Origin: Octopus sinensis | Lineage: Eukaryota | Assembly: GCF_006345805.1 (NCBI RefSeq) | Contig: NC_043023.1 | Location: forward strand, 12,772,001 to 12,836,000 | Reading direction: 5' to 3' | Length of the DNA: 64,000 nucleotides | Part shown: piece by piece, positions 12,820-25,803 of the stretch | Position numbering within the stretch: position 1 is the stretch's first letter | Layout of the letters: each line of letters opens with the position of its first letter | Translations under genes and position numbers: made by a program | Notes under the pieces: generated by a model | What the model was told of the DNA's origin: nothing | Database searches by the model: none | The model's input: only the letters and a program-made list of their open reading frames with translations

Positions 12820-13788
12820 ATGAATAATTCAACTAAAGCAAAAATCTCTGATAAAAGAGAGAAGCCATATCACTGTGATATCTGTGGTAAGTCATTCTCT
12901 AAAAGTGGCAACTTAACTAGTCACAAACGTGTTCATACAGGAGAGAAACCATATCAGTGTGATATCTGTGGTAAATCATTTTCTCGAAGTGCTGACTTAC
13001 CTAAACACAAATGTACTCATACAGGAGAGAAACCATATCAGTGTGATATCTGTGGTAAATCATTTACTAGAAATAGTACTTTGACTAGTCATATACGTAT
13101 TCATACTGGGGAAAAACCATATCAGTGTGATATCTGTGGCAAATCCTTTTCTGAGCCTTCTTCTTTAAAAGGGCACAAACGTATTCATACAGGTGAGCAG
13201 CCATATCATTGCGATATCTGTGGTGTATCATTCTCTGAAAATAGCCATTTAACCAGACACCTACGTATTCATACTGGGGAAAAACCATATCAATGTGATA
13301 TCTGTGGTAAGTCATTTTCTGGTAATAGCAATTTAATCAGTCACAGACGTATTCATACTGGGGAAAAACCATATCAATGTGATATCTGTGGTGCATCATT
13401 CTCTGAAAATAGCCCTTTAACCAGACACCTACGTATTCATACAGGAGAGAAGACATATTGTTGTAATATCTGTGGTAAATCATTTTCTCAGCCCTCTACT
13501 TTAAAAGGGCACAAACGTATTCATACGGGTGAGAAGCCATATCGGTGTGATATCTGTGGTAAATCATTTTCTCAGCCCTCTACTTTAAAAGGGCACAAAC
13601 GTATTCATACAGGTGAGAAGCCATATCAATGTGATATCTGTGGTGAATCATTCTCTTACAGTAGTGACTTACCTAAACATAAACGTATTCATATTGGGGA
13701 AAAACCATATCATTGTGATATTTGTGGTGAGTCATTCTCTCAAAAACGCCACTTAAGTACACATATGAGTATTCATACACAGGTGTAA
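12820..13788 (+). CDS. C2H2 zinc-finger protein B, 322 aa, 11 fingers, intact
   Basis: Uninterrupted CxxC-x12-HxxxH repeats with TGEKPY linkers; ends with the family terminal finger STHMSIHTQV*. Confidence 0.92.
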   Translation: MNNSTKAKISDKREKPYHCDICGKSFSKSGNLTSHKRVHTGEKPYQCDICGKSFSRSADLPKHKCTHTGEKPYQCDICGKSFTRNSTLTSHIRIHTGEKPYQCDICGKSFSEPSSLKGHKRIHTGEQPYHCDICGVSFSENSHLTRHLRIHTGEKPYQCDICGKSFSGNSNLISHRRIHTGEKPYQCDICGASFSENSPLTRHLRIHTGEKTYCCNICGKSFSQPSTLKGHKRIHTGEKPYRCDICGKSFSQPSTLKGHKRIHTGEKPYQCDICGESFSYSSDLPKHKRIHIGEKPYHCDICGESFSQKRHLSTHMSIHTQV

Positions 13789-13815
13789 TCGTATCAATAT
13801 CAAAATTTATTACAA

Positions 13816-14312
13816 CCCGGCAGGACAAGTGAGACCATAACCCATGGCCTCTACATAGAATGTAGCCAGTCCACTTATGCATACCTTTCCTTCTTGGGAC
13901 ACAAAACTCTACTTGTGAATACCTGTTGAGGAAGGGAGAATCAGAATCAAAATCGAAATAAATCAACATTAATGGAAATTGTAGCTGTGATACCAGTGCT
14001 GGTGGCACGTAAAAAGCAACATTAGAACGTGGCCGTTGCCAGCACCGTCCCAACTGGCTTCCGGGCCGGTGGCACGTAAGAAGCACCAACCGATCGTGGC
14101 CGCTGCCAGCCTCTCCTGGCCCTTGTGCCCGTGGCACGTAAAAAGCATCCACTACATTCACAGAGTGGTTGGCGTTTAGGAAGGGCATCCAGCTGTAGAA
14201 ACACTTCAGATCAGACTGCAACCTGGTGCAGCCTCCTGGCTTCCCAGACCCCAGTCAACCGTCCAACCCATGCTAGCAGGGAAAACAGATGTTATACAAT
14301 GATGATGAGGAG
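13816..14312 (+). mobile_element. RTE 3' tail downstream of ZNF B
   Basis: Same junction as 7120; ends aatgatgatgagg. Confidence 0.85.
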
Positions 14313-14420
14313 GATTCTCTATTGTTTCCTGTGACAGACAGCTGTTCTTTTGTGTACTGGACATTTTCAATGTTTTGTTATTAAACATTTTGTAAAAATA
14401 AAATTCTTTGTGCATGCTTA

Positions 14421-14818
14421 TTCTCTCTTTCTCTTTCTCTTTTACTTGTTTCAGTCGTTTGACTGTGGCCATGCTGGAGCACCGCCTTTAATGCAGCATC
14501 TCGAACCCGGGACTTATTCTTTTGTAAGCCGAGTACTTATTCTATCGGTCTCTTTTGCCGAACTGCTAAGTGACGGGGACATAGACAAACCAGCATCGAT
14601 TGTCAAGCAATGCTAAGGGGACAAACACAAACACATGCATATATATACATCTATACAACAGGCTTCTTTCAGTTTCCGTCTATCAAATCCACTCACAAGG
14701 CTTTGGTCGGCATGAGGCTATAGTAGAAGACACTTACCCAAGGTGCCACGCAGTGGGACTGAACCTGGAACCATGTGGTTGGTAAGCAAGCTACTTACCA
14801 CACAGCCACTCCTGCGCC
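14421..14818 (-). mobile_element. tRNA-derived SINE (octopus OR/CORE-like)
   Basis: Minus strand starts ggcgcaggagtggctgtgtggtaag (A box), has ggttcagtccc (B box), an accttgggtaagtg CORE-like segment and an AG-rich tail. Confidence 0.8.
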
Positions 14819-15299
14819 TATATCTATATTGTGATTACATTTTCTTTTGTGTTGACATTTTTCTGCCACATCTGGGTAATCGGTAGCCATCTTATTTCTG
14901 GTGCCACTACAATCTTTCTATTTTCATGCTCCGCTCTCAAGGGGCAACCTTATAGTGACGTTTGGTCCCAGACACCATTTTAGGATTTTCATCCACGCAT
15001 GCGCAGGGGTAAGAGCCTGCCGGAAGCCCCTTATGCACATGTGCAGTCATCAGCAGCAGCTAGGCTTCACCGCTGTCCCCTCTCCCTCTTCGCCCCTGCT
15101 TCCAACCAAGCCGGACGCAACTTGACCAGCTCCGTGTGGCTGGAATTCTGAAGGCGATCCATGACTTCCGCGAATCTGAGAAGTATGCCTTCACAATCGT
15201 GATTAAAGTGTCTCTGCTGCTTCCGCACCAAGGCGATCTAGCTACTGATTGTCCAGAGATGTAACGCTTGTACAGACAGAAAAATAAATATTGTTATTT

Positions 15300-15493
15300 G
15301 TTCAGAGATCCTTGTTCTATTGATTTTTTAATGGCTTTGCGGGGTGACTGGGGAAATGTAAAGATGTGCACGACCACCCTTGGACGGTTTTGAATGACCA
15401 TAGAAAGTGCGAGCCCTCTAACTGAAAAATTGTGGATTTGTATAAAGGACAGGCACACAGAGACAGACATTTGGCCATTTATATATAGAGAGA
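15300..15493 (-). mobile_element. Helitron-like 5' end fragment
   Basis: Minus strand starts TCTCTCTATATATAAATGGCC, the usual TC + TATATA Helitron start. Left boundary uncertain. Paralog ends at 37212. Confidence 0.55.
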
Positions 15494-15619
15494 TGTTGAT
15501 GTAATTCAGCCTAAGGAGACATCTACAGCTGGCTTCACAACATGATCTGTTTATATTCGCGAGTGCCCGTTCTCCATATTTTATTTGTTAGTATAAAATA
15601 CTTTTAAAAATGGAAGACT

Positions 15620-16135
15620 TAGCAAGACCAGTGAGAACAGTCAAAATCAAAATCAAAGCAAATCAATTCATATATCAGAAAGCAGAACCAAATTGAGGTC
15701 GATCAACATCAGTGGGAAGTGCAGCTGTGGTTAAGCGAACCATCCGATCGTGGTCGTTTCCGGCGCCGCCCCGTCTATCCTCCGTGTCGGTGACACGTAA
15801 AAGCACCATCCGTTCATGGCCGTTTGCCAGCTCTGTCTGGCCCCCGTGTCGGTAACACATAAAAGCACCATCCGTTGTGGCCGTTTGCTAGCTCTGTCTG
15901 GCCACCGTGTCGGTGGCACGTAAAAGCACCATCCGTTCATGACCGTCTGCCAGCTCTTTCTGGCACCTGTGCGGGTGGCACGTAAAAGCACCCACTACAG
16001 TCACGGAGTGGTTGGCGTTAGGAAGGGCATCCAGATCTGAATGGGCTTGATGAAGCCTTCTAGATTCACAGACCCCAGTTGAACCGTCCAACACATGCTA
16101 GCATGGAAAGCGGACGCTAAATGATGATGATGATG
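15620..16135 (+). mobile_element. RTE 3' tail with tandem sub-repeats
   Basis: Repeated aaaagcaccatccg units and an (GAT)n end. Paralog at 39170-39652. Confidence 0.8.
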
Positions 16136-16391
16136 AATCTTCCTAATTTTCTGCAGATTTAAGAATTATCTTTTAAATCTGTAGGTCAAAAGGTAAAAAT
16201 CCCAGCGTTTCTCTATTTCCTTTCGTAATTGTGCATTATGTTGGGAGCGGGGCCATCTTTTCCTTCCCCATTGTCATTGGAAGAATTAATCAACCTTCGA
16301 ATATCGAACACACGACACTACATTCCATCCACTGACGGTTCTCTCAAAGTAGCAACTTAATTATACATGAGAGAAAATAGATCACTGTGAT

Positions 16392-16596
16392 CATCATCAT
16401 CATCATCGTTTAACGTCCGATTTCCATTCTAGCATTGGTTGCACGATTTGATTGAGGACTGGCGAACCAAGTGGCAACACCAGGCTCCAATCTGATCTGG
16501 CAGAGTTACTACAGCTGGATGCCCTTCCTAACACCAACCAGCTGTAGAAACTCTACCAGATCAGATTGGAGCCTGGTGCAGCCATCTGGTTCGACA
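16392..16596 (-). mobile_element. Short antisense RTE tail with an inverted 5' segment (hairpin)
   Basis: (CAT)n tail after cactgtgat; 16460-16518 is inverted at 16538-16596. Paralog at about 39908-40115. Confidence 0.75.
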
Positions 16597-17386
16597 ACTG
16601 TTCTCTGGGAATAATGGGGATCATTTCGGTTTGAACAGCAGGTTTTAAAATTTCTAGGTAACTAAAAAAATGTTTAACTTCGTATACAGATAGAATGTAT
16701 TTATAAAGCATCTTTTTCGTTGGCTCTATTGAGAAAATTCTGTAGTTTGTAACATATTTGTTGTTTTTATTTCTGCAATTCCAAGCAATCAATGACGTCT
16801 ATTGAGGTAAAAAAAAAAACATTATGTGCCTTATGAATATGTCCCTCGTTTAAGAAACAGATTGGGTTTATTTACATTTTTGAAGAAAAAAAGATACACT
16901 TCCTCCACCCCTAACACTAACACTGATTGAAATGCAATAGATCGATACTAGGGTCATAATTATGGGTGACAATTTCATATGACACCGCTACAAAAAACTG
17001 CCGGTCAAACCGAAAAGATCCTTTTCTTTTTACACAAAGTAAATAATAAGGCGATGCTTCCATATATAAGTACGCACGTGACTTTGTTTACATTTGTGAA
17101 GATAACAGAAAGCCTTTTCTCCCCACTTCTAACCCTAACACGTGGAAATCATTTTAAAAAGCTGCCGTTCAAACCGAAAAGATCCCAAATATCTTCCACA
17201 CTGTAGAATTTTCTCAATAAAGCCAAGAGAAACAGATGTTTTATAAACACATTCTACCAGTATACGAAGTTTAAAAGTGTTTAGTTACGTGGAAATTATT
17301 TTCAAAAACTGCCGGTCAAACCGAAAAGATCCCCAAAAGGTATCCAAGCATTGTTCTTTAGATGAGAGAGAAGTGTGAAGGAAGGA

Positions 17387-17544
17387 CAATGATTGGACAG
17401 GAGAGAAAATGACGTCAGAAACGGATCGGAAGTGCAACGGCCTGACGTCACATCAGGAAGATATAAGTCAAAGATGCCTTCTTTCTTTCGGTGTCTGCGA
17501 CGGGGTCCAGTTCGTGCGCTGGAAACGGTCGTAGATTAGAATAT
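17387..17544 (+). promoter_or_regulatory. Putative promoter and exon 1 of ZNF C
   Basis: ATTGG-TGACGTCA-CGGAAGTG-TGACGTCA-GATATAAG followed by a GTGAGT donor. Confidence 0.65.
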
Positions 17545-18197
17545 GTGAGTGTATATATTCTATATTACCTTGAAGGTAAAATCGTTGACAGGATGGGACA
17601 AAGAAGACACCGGAACGAAACGAACCAGTCATAGAAAATTGAAGAACTATAACCATATAAAGGGATATAACTTTCCTTAATTAATTAATTAAGGTGCTTA
17701 ATTAACGATCGCTGACTCGTTGTTTGTATCTGAATACGGTAAGTTGACAAAGATTTATTTTAAGGCTGTAATGATGATGATGATAATACCAATAATAATA
17801 AGGTACTACAAGCGAACAGTGGTCCCGGTGCGAGCACTCGCGTATCCGCGCTGACTAGTCGTGAGTAGTCGAATCTACAATTTTTAAAACTAAGTAAATA
17901 CATTATTTTTGTAAACAAACTAAGGTTAGGGTTAAAAAGTCGTAGGATCGACTACATACGACTAGCTAGCACGGATGCGCGAGTGTGCGCACCTGGACCA
18001 CTGTTCGCTAGTAGTACCGCGCACCTCTCCAAGATAATTACGCTTACTTGTGAGAAAAAGTTAGGAAATGGGAAATATATCCAGAATACATAAAGTATGG
18101 AGGAAATTAGAAAGATTGATCTATTTTTTAAATATTTTATACTAAAAAATAAAATACGGAGAACGGGCACTCGCGAATATAAAGAAACATACAAGGG

Positions 18198-18473
18198 TGT
18201 AAGAGTTAGCAGTTCCTTCTCTAAGCTTGGATTCGAAATCGAATCCAAGAATCATCGGTCGTCAAATACCAATGCATGTATAGGCGCGAAATTAAGAATC
18301 CCTTTGTTCTGACAGAAACTGATTGATCATCTCCCTTTGACCTCCGACCTGAGCAATGTCAGGATAAAGGGATTCTTAATTTCGCGCCTATAGATGCATT
18401 GGTATTTGACGTCCGACGATTCTTGGACTCGATTTCGAATCCAAGCTTAGGGAAGGAAGTGCTAACTCTTACA
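18198..18473. mobile_element. 276-bp fold-back element, TGT...ACA ends, 4-bp TSD AGGG (Ginger-like non-autonomous transposon)
   Basis: Arms of about 117 bp; AGGG on both sides; empty site ataagggtac at 10816-10825. Confidence 0.8.
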
Positions 18474-20534
18474 AGGGTACTATTTAAGAAGAGAGGTCCC
18501 GGTGCGCGCATCCGCAGTAGCTAGTCGTGACTAGTCGATCCTTACTTTGTATTTTGTTTTATTTACTTTGTTTTAAAAAAATTATTTACTTTGTTTTAAA
18601 AAAATGAGCGTAACTTCGGTATAGGTACCGGAAGCACCAGATACATTTCAAGATAGTGTATTTTTTTCTTCTATATGGGGGGTTGTGGTTAAGGTTTGTG
18701 TAGGGGTGGGAGAAAAGGGTTTCTGTTATCTTCAGAAATGTAAACAAAGCCACTCACGGTACCTATACCGAAGGATCACAAAAAAATTATTTACTTTGTG
18801 TAAAAAAAAATTATTTATTTTGTGTTTTATTTACTTTGCTAGGTAGTCGTTGTAGGATCGACTAATCACGACTAACTATCGCGAGTGTGCGCACCGGGAC
18901 CGCTCTTTTTAAATAGTACCGGAGAAAATTAGAACGATTAATCTATTTTTTTAACTATTTTACACTAAAAAATAAAATACGCAGAACGGGCACTCGCGAA
19001 TATAAACAAACATGTATGTACGTATACGTATGTATTTATGCATATATATGTACTATTATATATACATATATGTGTGTGTGTGTAAGGGTGAAAGAAATTG
19101 AATATTAATTAATAACATCAATTTCGTATGGATTTTGGCGTTTGGTTCAGCAAATTATGTTTTTGATATACTCTACCGATGATTCGAAAATGATTTGTAA
19201 GTAAAATTACACAATCTATTAATGATGAAACAATTGTATAGAGTTAATCCATTTTTTCGTTATTTTTCATTTGTCCTGCCCGCTTACATTCTTGGCGTGT
19301 TGAATTAATGCTTGAGAACAATTCTTTAGTGGTGGATTCCCTTTGTGGATCTATTTCTAACGTTAGAGTGACCACATGTGGTCCCTCTCTTAATACTTGT
19401 ATATATATATGTGTGTGTGTGTATACAAATATATTTGTAGTGAATCTTGCACGCATGAAGTAGATTGGATCCATCCTTGCCAAAATTTTAATTAACCCTT
19501 CACCAAAATTTTTCCCACAGCAGAACAATAGAGAAATCTCTATAGAGAATGTTGTAAAAGTTTCAATGCCTCAATGGATTCTGACCCCTGCAAACATAGA
19601 CATTAAATGGATGACAGTGTTGATGTTGTAAGATTTGCAATGTTGAATTAATATGTCGTTTAATGATTCTCTTTATCTCACTGTTTCTTTTTTTTCCTAT
19701 TTCAGAATATAACATCCTGTTGATATGAAAGAAATTACTTCATTCAGATGTGCCTCTGATATTTTATCAGCTCCCATAAACCAAAGGAAGATGATATATT
19801 TATAAGGAGCATTCATCAATACACCAAACTCATCTTATAAAGGAAATCTGTGAAAAACAACAGCAAAATATTTCTTCTGGACGATGGAATTAACAGCAAC
19901 AATTTGAAGTCTTTGCTGTCTGGAATATAGAGGAGATGATTGTTTTACAGGTTAATTAAGCTTGGATAACTTTACAAAGGGGTAGACAATTGTCACCTCT
20001 TGATTTAGATATTAAGCAAAATCACAGATGAAAGAAGCATAGCATTAAATTATTCTCTGAAAATAGCAACACAAATATATTCATAGAAATGAAATTTTTT
20101 CCTATTTCAGAATATCATACCATGTTGATTTGAAAGAAATTTCTTCATTCAGATGTGTGTCTGTTATTTGATTGACTTTCATCAATTAAAGGAAGACCAT
20201 ATATTCATAAGGCACACTCATCAAAAGATAAGCTTCTTTATATAAATAAAATCTTTTACGAACGATGGGGAAATATTTCTTCTGGATGATGGAATTAAGA
20301 GCAACATTTTTTTGTCATCTGGAATGTAGAGATGATGATGAACCTACAGGTTAAGTTTGAGTAACTTTACGAAAGAGTTAACCAATTTATATCTTCTGTT
20401 TTAGATATTAAGCAAGATCACCAATGAAAGTAACATAACATTTAATTACTCTCTGATGCATTTGAACACAAACATTCATAGAAATGACACAGATACTATC
20501 ATTGTGATATGTATAACGAAATTATTCTCTCATA

Positions 20535-21755
20535 ATGAATAATTCAACTAAAGCAAAAATCTCTGATAAAAGAGAGAAGCCATATCACTGTGATATCTGT
20601 GGTAAGTCATTCTCTGAAAGTGGTAATTTAAGAAGGCACAGACGTGTTCATACTGGAGAAAAACCATATCAGTGTGATATCTGTGGTAAATCATTTTCTG
20701 AAAATAGCACTTTAACTCATCACAAATTTATTCATACTGGGGAAAAGCCGCATCAGTGTGATATCTGTGGTAAATCATTTTCTCAAAATAGCACTTTAAC
20801 TCATCACAAATTTATTCATACTGGGGAAAAGCCGCATCAGTGTGATATCTGTGGTAAATCATTTTCTCAAAATAGCACTTTAACTCATCACAAATTTATT
20901 CATACTGGGGAAAAGCCGCATCAGTGTGATATCTGTAGTAAATCATTTTCTCAAAATAGCAATTTAACTCATCACAAATTTATTCATACTGGGGAAAAGC
21001 CGCATAAGTGTGATACCTGTAGTAAATCATTTTCTCAAAAAATTGAATTGACTGTCCATAAACGTATTCATACTGGTGAAAAACCATATCAGTGTGATAT
21101 CTGTTGTAAATCATTTTCTCAAAGTGCTACCTTAGCTACACACAAACGTACTCATACAGGAGAGAAACCATATCAGTGTGATATCTGTGGTAAATCATTT
21201 TCTCGAAGTGCTGACTTACCTAAACACAAACGTACTCATACAGGAGAGAAACCATATCAGTGTGATATCTGTGGTAAATCATTTTCTCGAAGAGCTGATT
21301 TAATTAGACACAAACGTACTCATACAGGAGAGAAGCCATACCATTGTGATATCTGTGGTGAATCATTTTCTAGAAGTAACATTTTAACTGATCACAAACT
21401 TATTCATACAGGAGAGAAGCCATACCATTGTGATATCTGTGGTAAATCATTCACTACAAATAGTAATTTGACTAGTCATATACGTATTCATACTGGGGAA
21501 AAACCATATCAGTGTGATATCTGTGGTGAATCATTCTCTGAGATTGGCACTTTAACCCGACACGTACGTACTCATACAGGAGAGAAACCATATCAGTGTG
21601 ATATCTGTGGTAAATCATTTTCTCGAAATGGTAACTTAAATAAACACAAACGTACACATACTGGAGAAAAGCCCCATCATTGTAATATCTGTGGTAAATC
21701 ATTTTCTAGAAGTAACAGTTTAACAGTTCACAATCGTATTCATACAGGAGAGTAG
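20535..21755 (+). CDS. C2H2 zinc-finger protein C, 406 aa, 14 fingers, TAG in a linker; array 3' end deleted at about 21890
   Basis: From the ORF track. One more finger and part of another follow the stop, then MITE sequence; the terminal finger and RTE tail are missing. Confidence 0.85.
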   Translation: MNNSTKAKISDKREKPYHCDICGKSFSESGNLRRHRRVHTGEKPYQCDICGKSFSENSTLTHHKFIHTGEKPHQCDICGKSFSQNSTLTHHKFIHTGEKPHQCDICGKSFSQNSTLTHHKFIHTGEKPHQCDICSKSFSQNSNLTHHKFIHTGEKPHKCDTCSKSFSQKIELTVHKRIHTGEKPYQCDICCKSFSQSATLATHKRTHTGEKPYQCDICGKSFSRSADLPKHKRTHTGEKPYQCDICGKSFSRRADLIRHKRTHTGEKPYHCDICGESFSRSNILTDHKLIHTGEKPYHCDICGKSFTTNSNLTSHIRIHTGEKPYQCDICGESFSEIGTLTRHVRTHTGEKPYQCDICGKSFSRNGNLNKHKRTHTGEKPHHCNICGKSFSRSNSLTVHNRIHTGE

Positions 21756-21905
<150 letters not shown>

Positions 21906-22608
21906 TAGCAAGACATCCAAGAGAAAAAAAATGTTTTATTTTGACACATTCTACCAGTAAACGAAGTTTTAAAGTGTTTAGTTAACTAGAAATTGTGTTG
22001 AAAACTGCCGTTCAAAAGGAAAAGATCCCTCAACACAGCTATTGACGAACGAAATATTGTGAAGTATTTTGTCTGGCGTGGTATTGACCCTGCCAGTAAA
22101 TAATGGGATTATGTGAACCCTTCAATGTTAAAGTAATCATATAGAAGTGAAAACGGATCTTTTCGGTTTGAACGGCAGTTTTTTCGAGTGGTGCCATATG
22201 AAATTGTCACCCATAATTACGACCCTGGTATCAATCTATTGCATTTCAATCTGTTTTAGGGGAAGGGTATATTTTTTTTTCACAAATATAAATAAACCAA
22301 ATCTGTTTCTTAAACGAGGGACATATTCATACGGCATAGAATGTTTTTTTTTACCTCAATAAACGTCAGTGATTGGTTGAAATTGCAGAAATTGAAGAAA
22401 AAACAACAACAAATATCTTACAAACTATAGAATTTTCTCAATAAAGCCAAGAGAAAAATGTTTTATAAACACATTCTACCAGTATACGAAGTTTAAATGT
22501 GTTTAGTTACGTGGAAATTATTTTCAAAAACTGCCGGTCAAACCGAAATGATCCCCAAAAGGTATCCAAGCATTGTTCTTTAGATGAGAGAGAAGTGTGA
22601 AGGAAGGA

Positions 22609-22766
22609 CAATGATTGGACAGGAGAGAAAATGACGTCAGAAACGGATCGGAAGTGCAACGGCCTGACGTCACATCAGGAAGATATAAGTCAAAGATGCC
22701 TTCTTTCTTTCGGTGTCTGAGTCGGGGTCCAGTTCGTGCGCTGGAAACGGTCGTAGATTAGAATAT
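22609..22766 (+). promoter_or_regulatory. Putative promoter and exon 1 of ZNF D
   Basis: Same motif set as 17387-17544. Confidence 0.65.
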
Positions 22767-23319
22767 GTGAGTGTATATATTCTATATTACCTTCAAGGTA
22801 AAATCGTTGACAGAATGGGACAAAGAAGACACCGGAACGAAACGAACCAGTCATAGAAAATTGAAGAACTATAACCATATGAAGGGATATAACTTTCCTT
22901 AATGAATTAATTCAGGTGCTTAATTAACGATCACTGACTCGTTGTTCGTATCTGAATACGGTAAGTTGACAAATATTTATTTTAAGGCTGTAATGATGAT
23001 GATAATACCAATAATGATAAGGTACTACTAGCGAACAGTGGTCCCGGTGCGAGCACTCGCGTTAGCTAGTCGTAAATAGTCGAATCTACAATTTTTAAAA
23101 CTAAGTAAATACATTATTTTTGTAAACAAACTAAGGTTAGGGTTAAAAAGTCGTAGGATCGACTACATACGACTAGCTAGCGCGAGTGCGCGCACCGGAA
23201 CCACTGTTCGCTAGTAGTACCGCGCACCTCTCCAAGATAATGACGCTTACTTGTGAGAAAAAGTTAGGAAATGGGAAATATATCCAGAATACATAAAGTA
23301 TGGAGAAAATTAGAATGAT

Positions 23320-23480
23320 TACTCTTTCTCTCTTTTACTCTTTTACTTGTTTCAGTCATTTGACTGCGGCCATGCTGGAGCACCGCCTTTAGTCGAGCAA
23401 ATCGACCCCGGGACTTATTCTTTGTAAGCCCAGTACTTATTCTATCGGGCTCTTTTTGCCGAATCGCTAAGTGGCGGGGA
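23320..23480 (-). mobile_element. 5'-truncated SINE found only in the unit D intron
   Basis: ttttacttgtttcagtcatttgactgcggccatgctggagcaccgcc interrupts attagaa..gatctatttt, which is continuous in the other units. Confidence 0.8.
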
Positions 23481-23558
23481 TCTATTTTTTAAATATTTTA
23501 TACTAAAAAATAAAATACGGAGAACGGGCACTCGCGAATATAAACAAACATACAAGGG

Positions 23559-23834
23559 TGTAAGAGTTAGCAGTTCCTTCTCTAAGCTTGGATTCGAAAT
23601 CGAATCCAAGAATCATCGGTCGTCAAATACCAATGCATGTATAGGCGCGAAATTAAGAATCCCTTTGTTCTGACAAAAACTGATTGATCATCTCCCTTTG
23701 ACCTCCGACCTGAGCAATGTCAGGACAAAGGGATTCTTAATTTCGCGCCTATACATGCATTGGTATTTGACGACCGATGATTCTTGGACTCGATTTCGAA
23801 TCCAAGCTTAGAGAAGGAAGTGCTAACTCTTACA
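23559..23834. mobile_element. Ginger-like fold-back element, copy 2
   Basis: Same as 18198-18473; the right TSD reads AGAG. Confidence 0.8.
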
Positions 23835-24654
23835 AGAGTACTATTTAAGAAAAGAGGTCCCGGTGCGCGCATCCGCAGTAGCTAGTCGTGACTAGTCGAT
23901 CCTTTCTTTGTACTCTTGTTTTATTTACTTTGTTTAAAAAAATGAGCGTAACTTCGGTATAGGTACCGGAGGTACCAGATACATTTCAAGAAAGTGTCTT
24001 TTCTTTATATATATATGGGGGGTTGTGGTTAAGGTTTGTGTTAGAGGGGGGGGGAGAAAAGCCATTCACGGTACCTATACCGAAGGATCGCCAAATAATT
24101 ATTTACTTTGGTAGGTAGTCGCTGTAGGATCGACTAGTCACGACTAACTCTTTTTAAATAATACCGGAGAAAATTAGAACGATTAATCTATTTTTTTAAC
24201 TATTTTATACTAAAAAATAAAATACGCAGTACGGGCACTCGCGAAAATAAACAAACATGTATGTACGTATACGTATGTATTTATGCATATATATGTATTA
24301 TTATGTATACATATATGTGTGTGTGTAAGGGTGAAAGAAATTGAATATTAATTAATAACATCAATTTCGTATGGATTTTGGCGTTTGGTTCAGCAAATTA
24401 TGTTTTTGATATACTCTACCGATGATTCGAAAATGATTTGTAAGTAAAATTACACAATCTATTAACGATGAAACAATTGTATAGAGTTAATCCATTTTTT
24501 CGTTATTTTTCATTTGTCCTGCCTGCTTACATTCTTGGCATGTTGAATTAATGCTTGAGAACAATTCGTTAGTGGTGGATTCCCTTTGCCGATCTATTTC
24601 TAGCGTTAGAGTGACCATATGTGGTCCCTCTCTTAATACTTGTATGTATGTATG

Positions 24655-24693
<39 letters not shown>

Positions 24694-25803
24694 ATACAAA
24701 TATATTTGCAGTGAATCTTGCACGCATGAAGTAGATTGGATCCATCCTTGCCAAAATTTTAATTAACCCTTCACCAAATTTTTCCCACGGCAGAATAATA
24801 GAGAAATCTCTGTACAGAATGTTGTAAAAGTTTCAATGCCTCAATGGATTCTGACCCCTGCAAACATAGACATTAAATGGATGACAGTGTTGATGTTGTA
24901 AGATTTGCAATGTTGAATTTCTATGTCGTTTAATGATTCTCTTTATCTCACTGCTTCTTTTTTTTTCTATTTCAGAATATTACATCCTGTTGATATGAAA
25001 GAAATTACTTCATTCAGATGTGCCTCTGATATTCTATCAGCTCCCATCAACCAAAGGAAGATGATATATTTATAAGGAGCATTCATCAATACATCAAACC
25101 TATCTTATAAAGGAAATCTGTGAAAAACAACAGCAAAATATTTCTTCTGGACGATGGAATTAACAGCAACAATTTGAAGTCTTTGCTGTCTGGAATATAG
25201 AGGAGATGATTGTTTTACAGGTTAATTAAGCTTGGATGACTTTACAAAGGGGTAGACAATTGTCACCTCTTGATTTAGATATTAAGCAAAATCTCAGATG
25301 AAAGAAGCATAGCATTAAATTATTCTCTGAAAATAGCAACACAAATATATTCATAGAAATGAATTTTTTTCCTATTTCAGAATATACCATGTTGATTTAA
25401 AAGAAAATTCTTCATTCAGATGTGTGTCTGATATTTTGATTGACTTTCATCAATTAAAGGAAGACCATATATTCATAAGGCACATTCATCAATACATCAG
25501 CTTCTTTATATAAATAAAATCTTTGACGAACGATGGGGAAATATTTCTTCTGCATGATGGAATTAAGAGCAACATTTTTTTTGCCATCTGGAATGTAGAG
25601 ATGATGATGAACCTACAGGTTAAGTTTGAGTAACTTTACAAAAGAGTTAACCAATTTATATCTTCTGTTTTAGATATTAAGCAAGATCACCAATGAAAGT
25701 AACATAACATTTAATTATTCTCTGATGCATTTGAACACAAACATTCATAGAAATGAAACAGATACTATCACTGTGATATGTATAACGAAATTAATCTCTC
25801 ATA

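Noticed and set aside
12820-13788. CRISPR-like look: constant ~50-bp repeats separated by variable ~30-bp segments
   Set aside because: These are 84-bp C2H2 coding units in frame; the context is eukaryotic and there are no cas genes.
14740-14818. tRNA-like A and B boxes
   Set aside because: This is a SINE head with no complete cloverleaf, not a tRNA gene.
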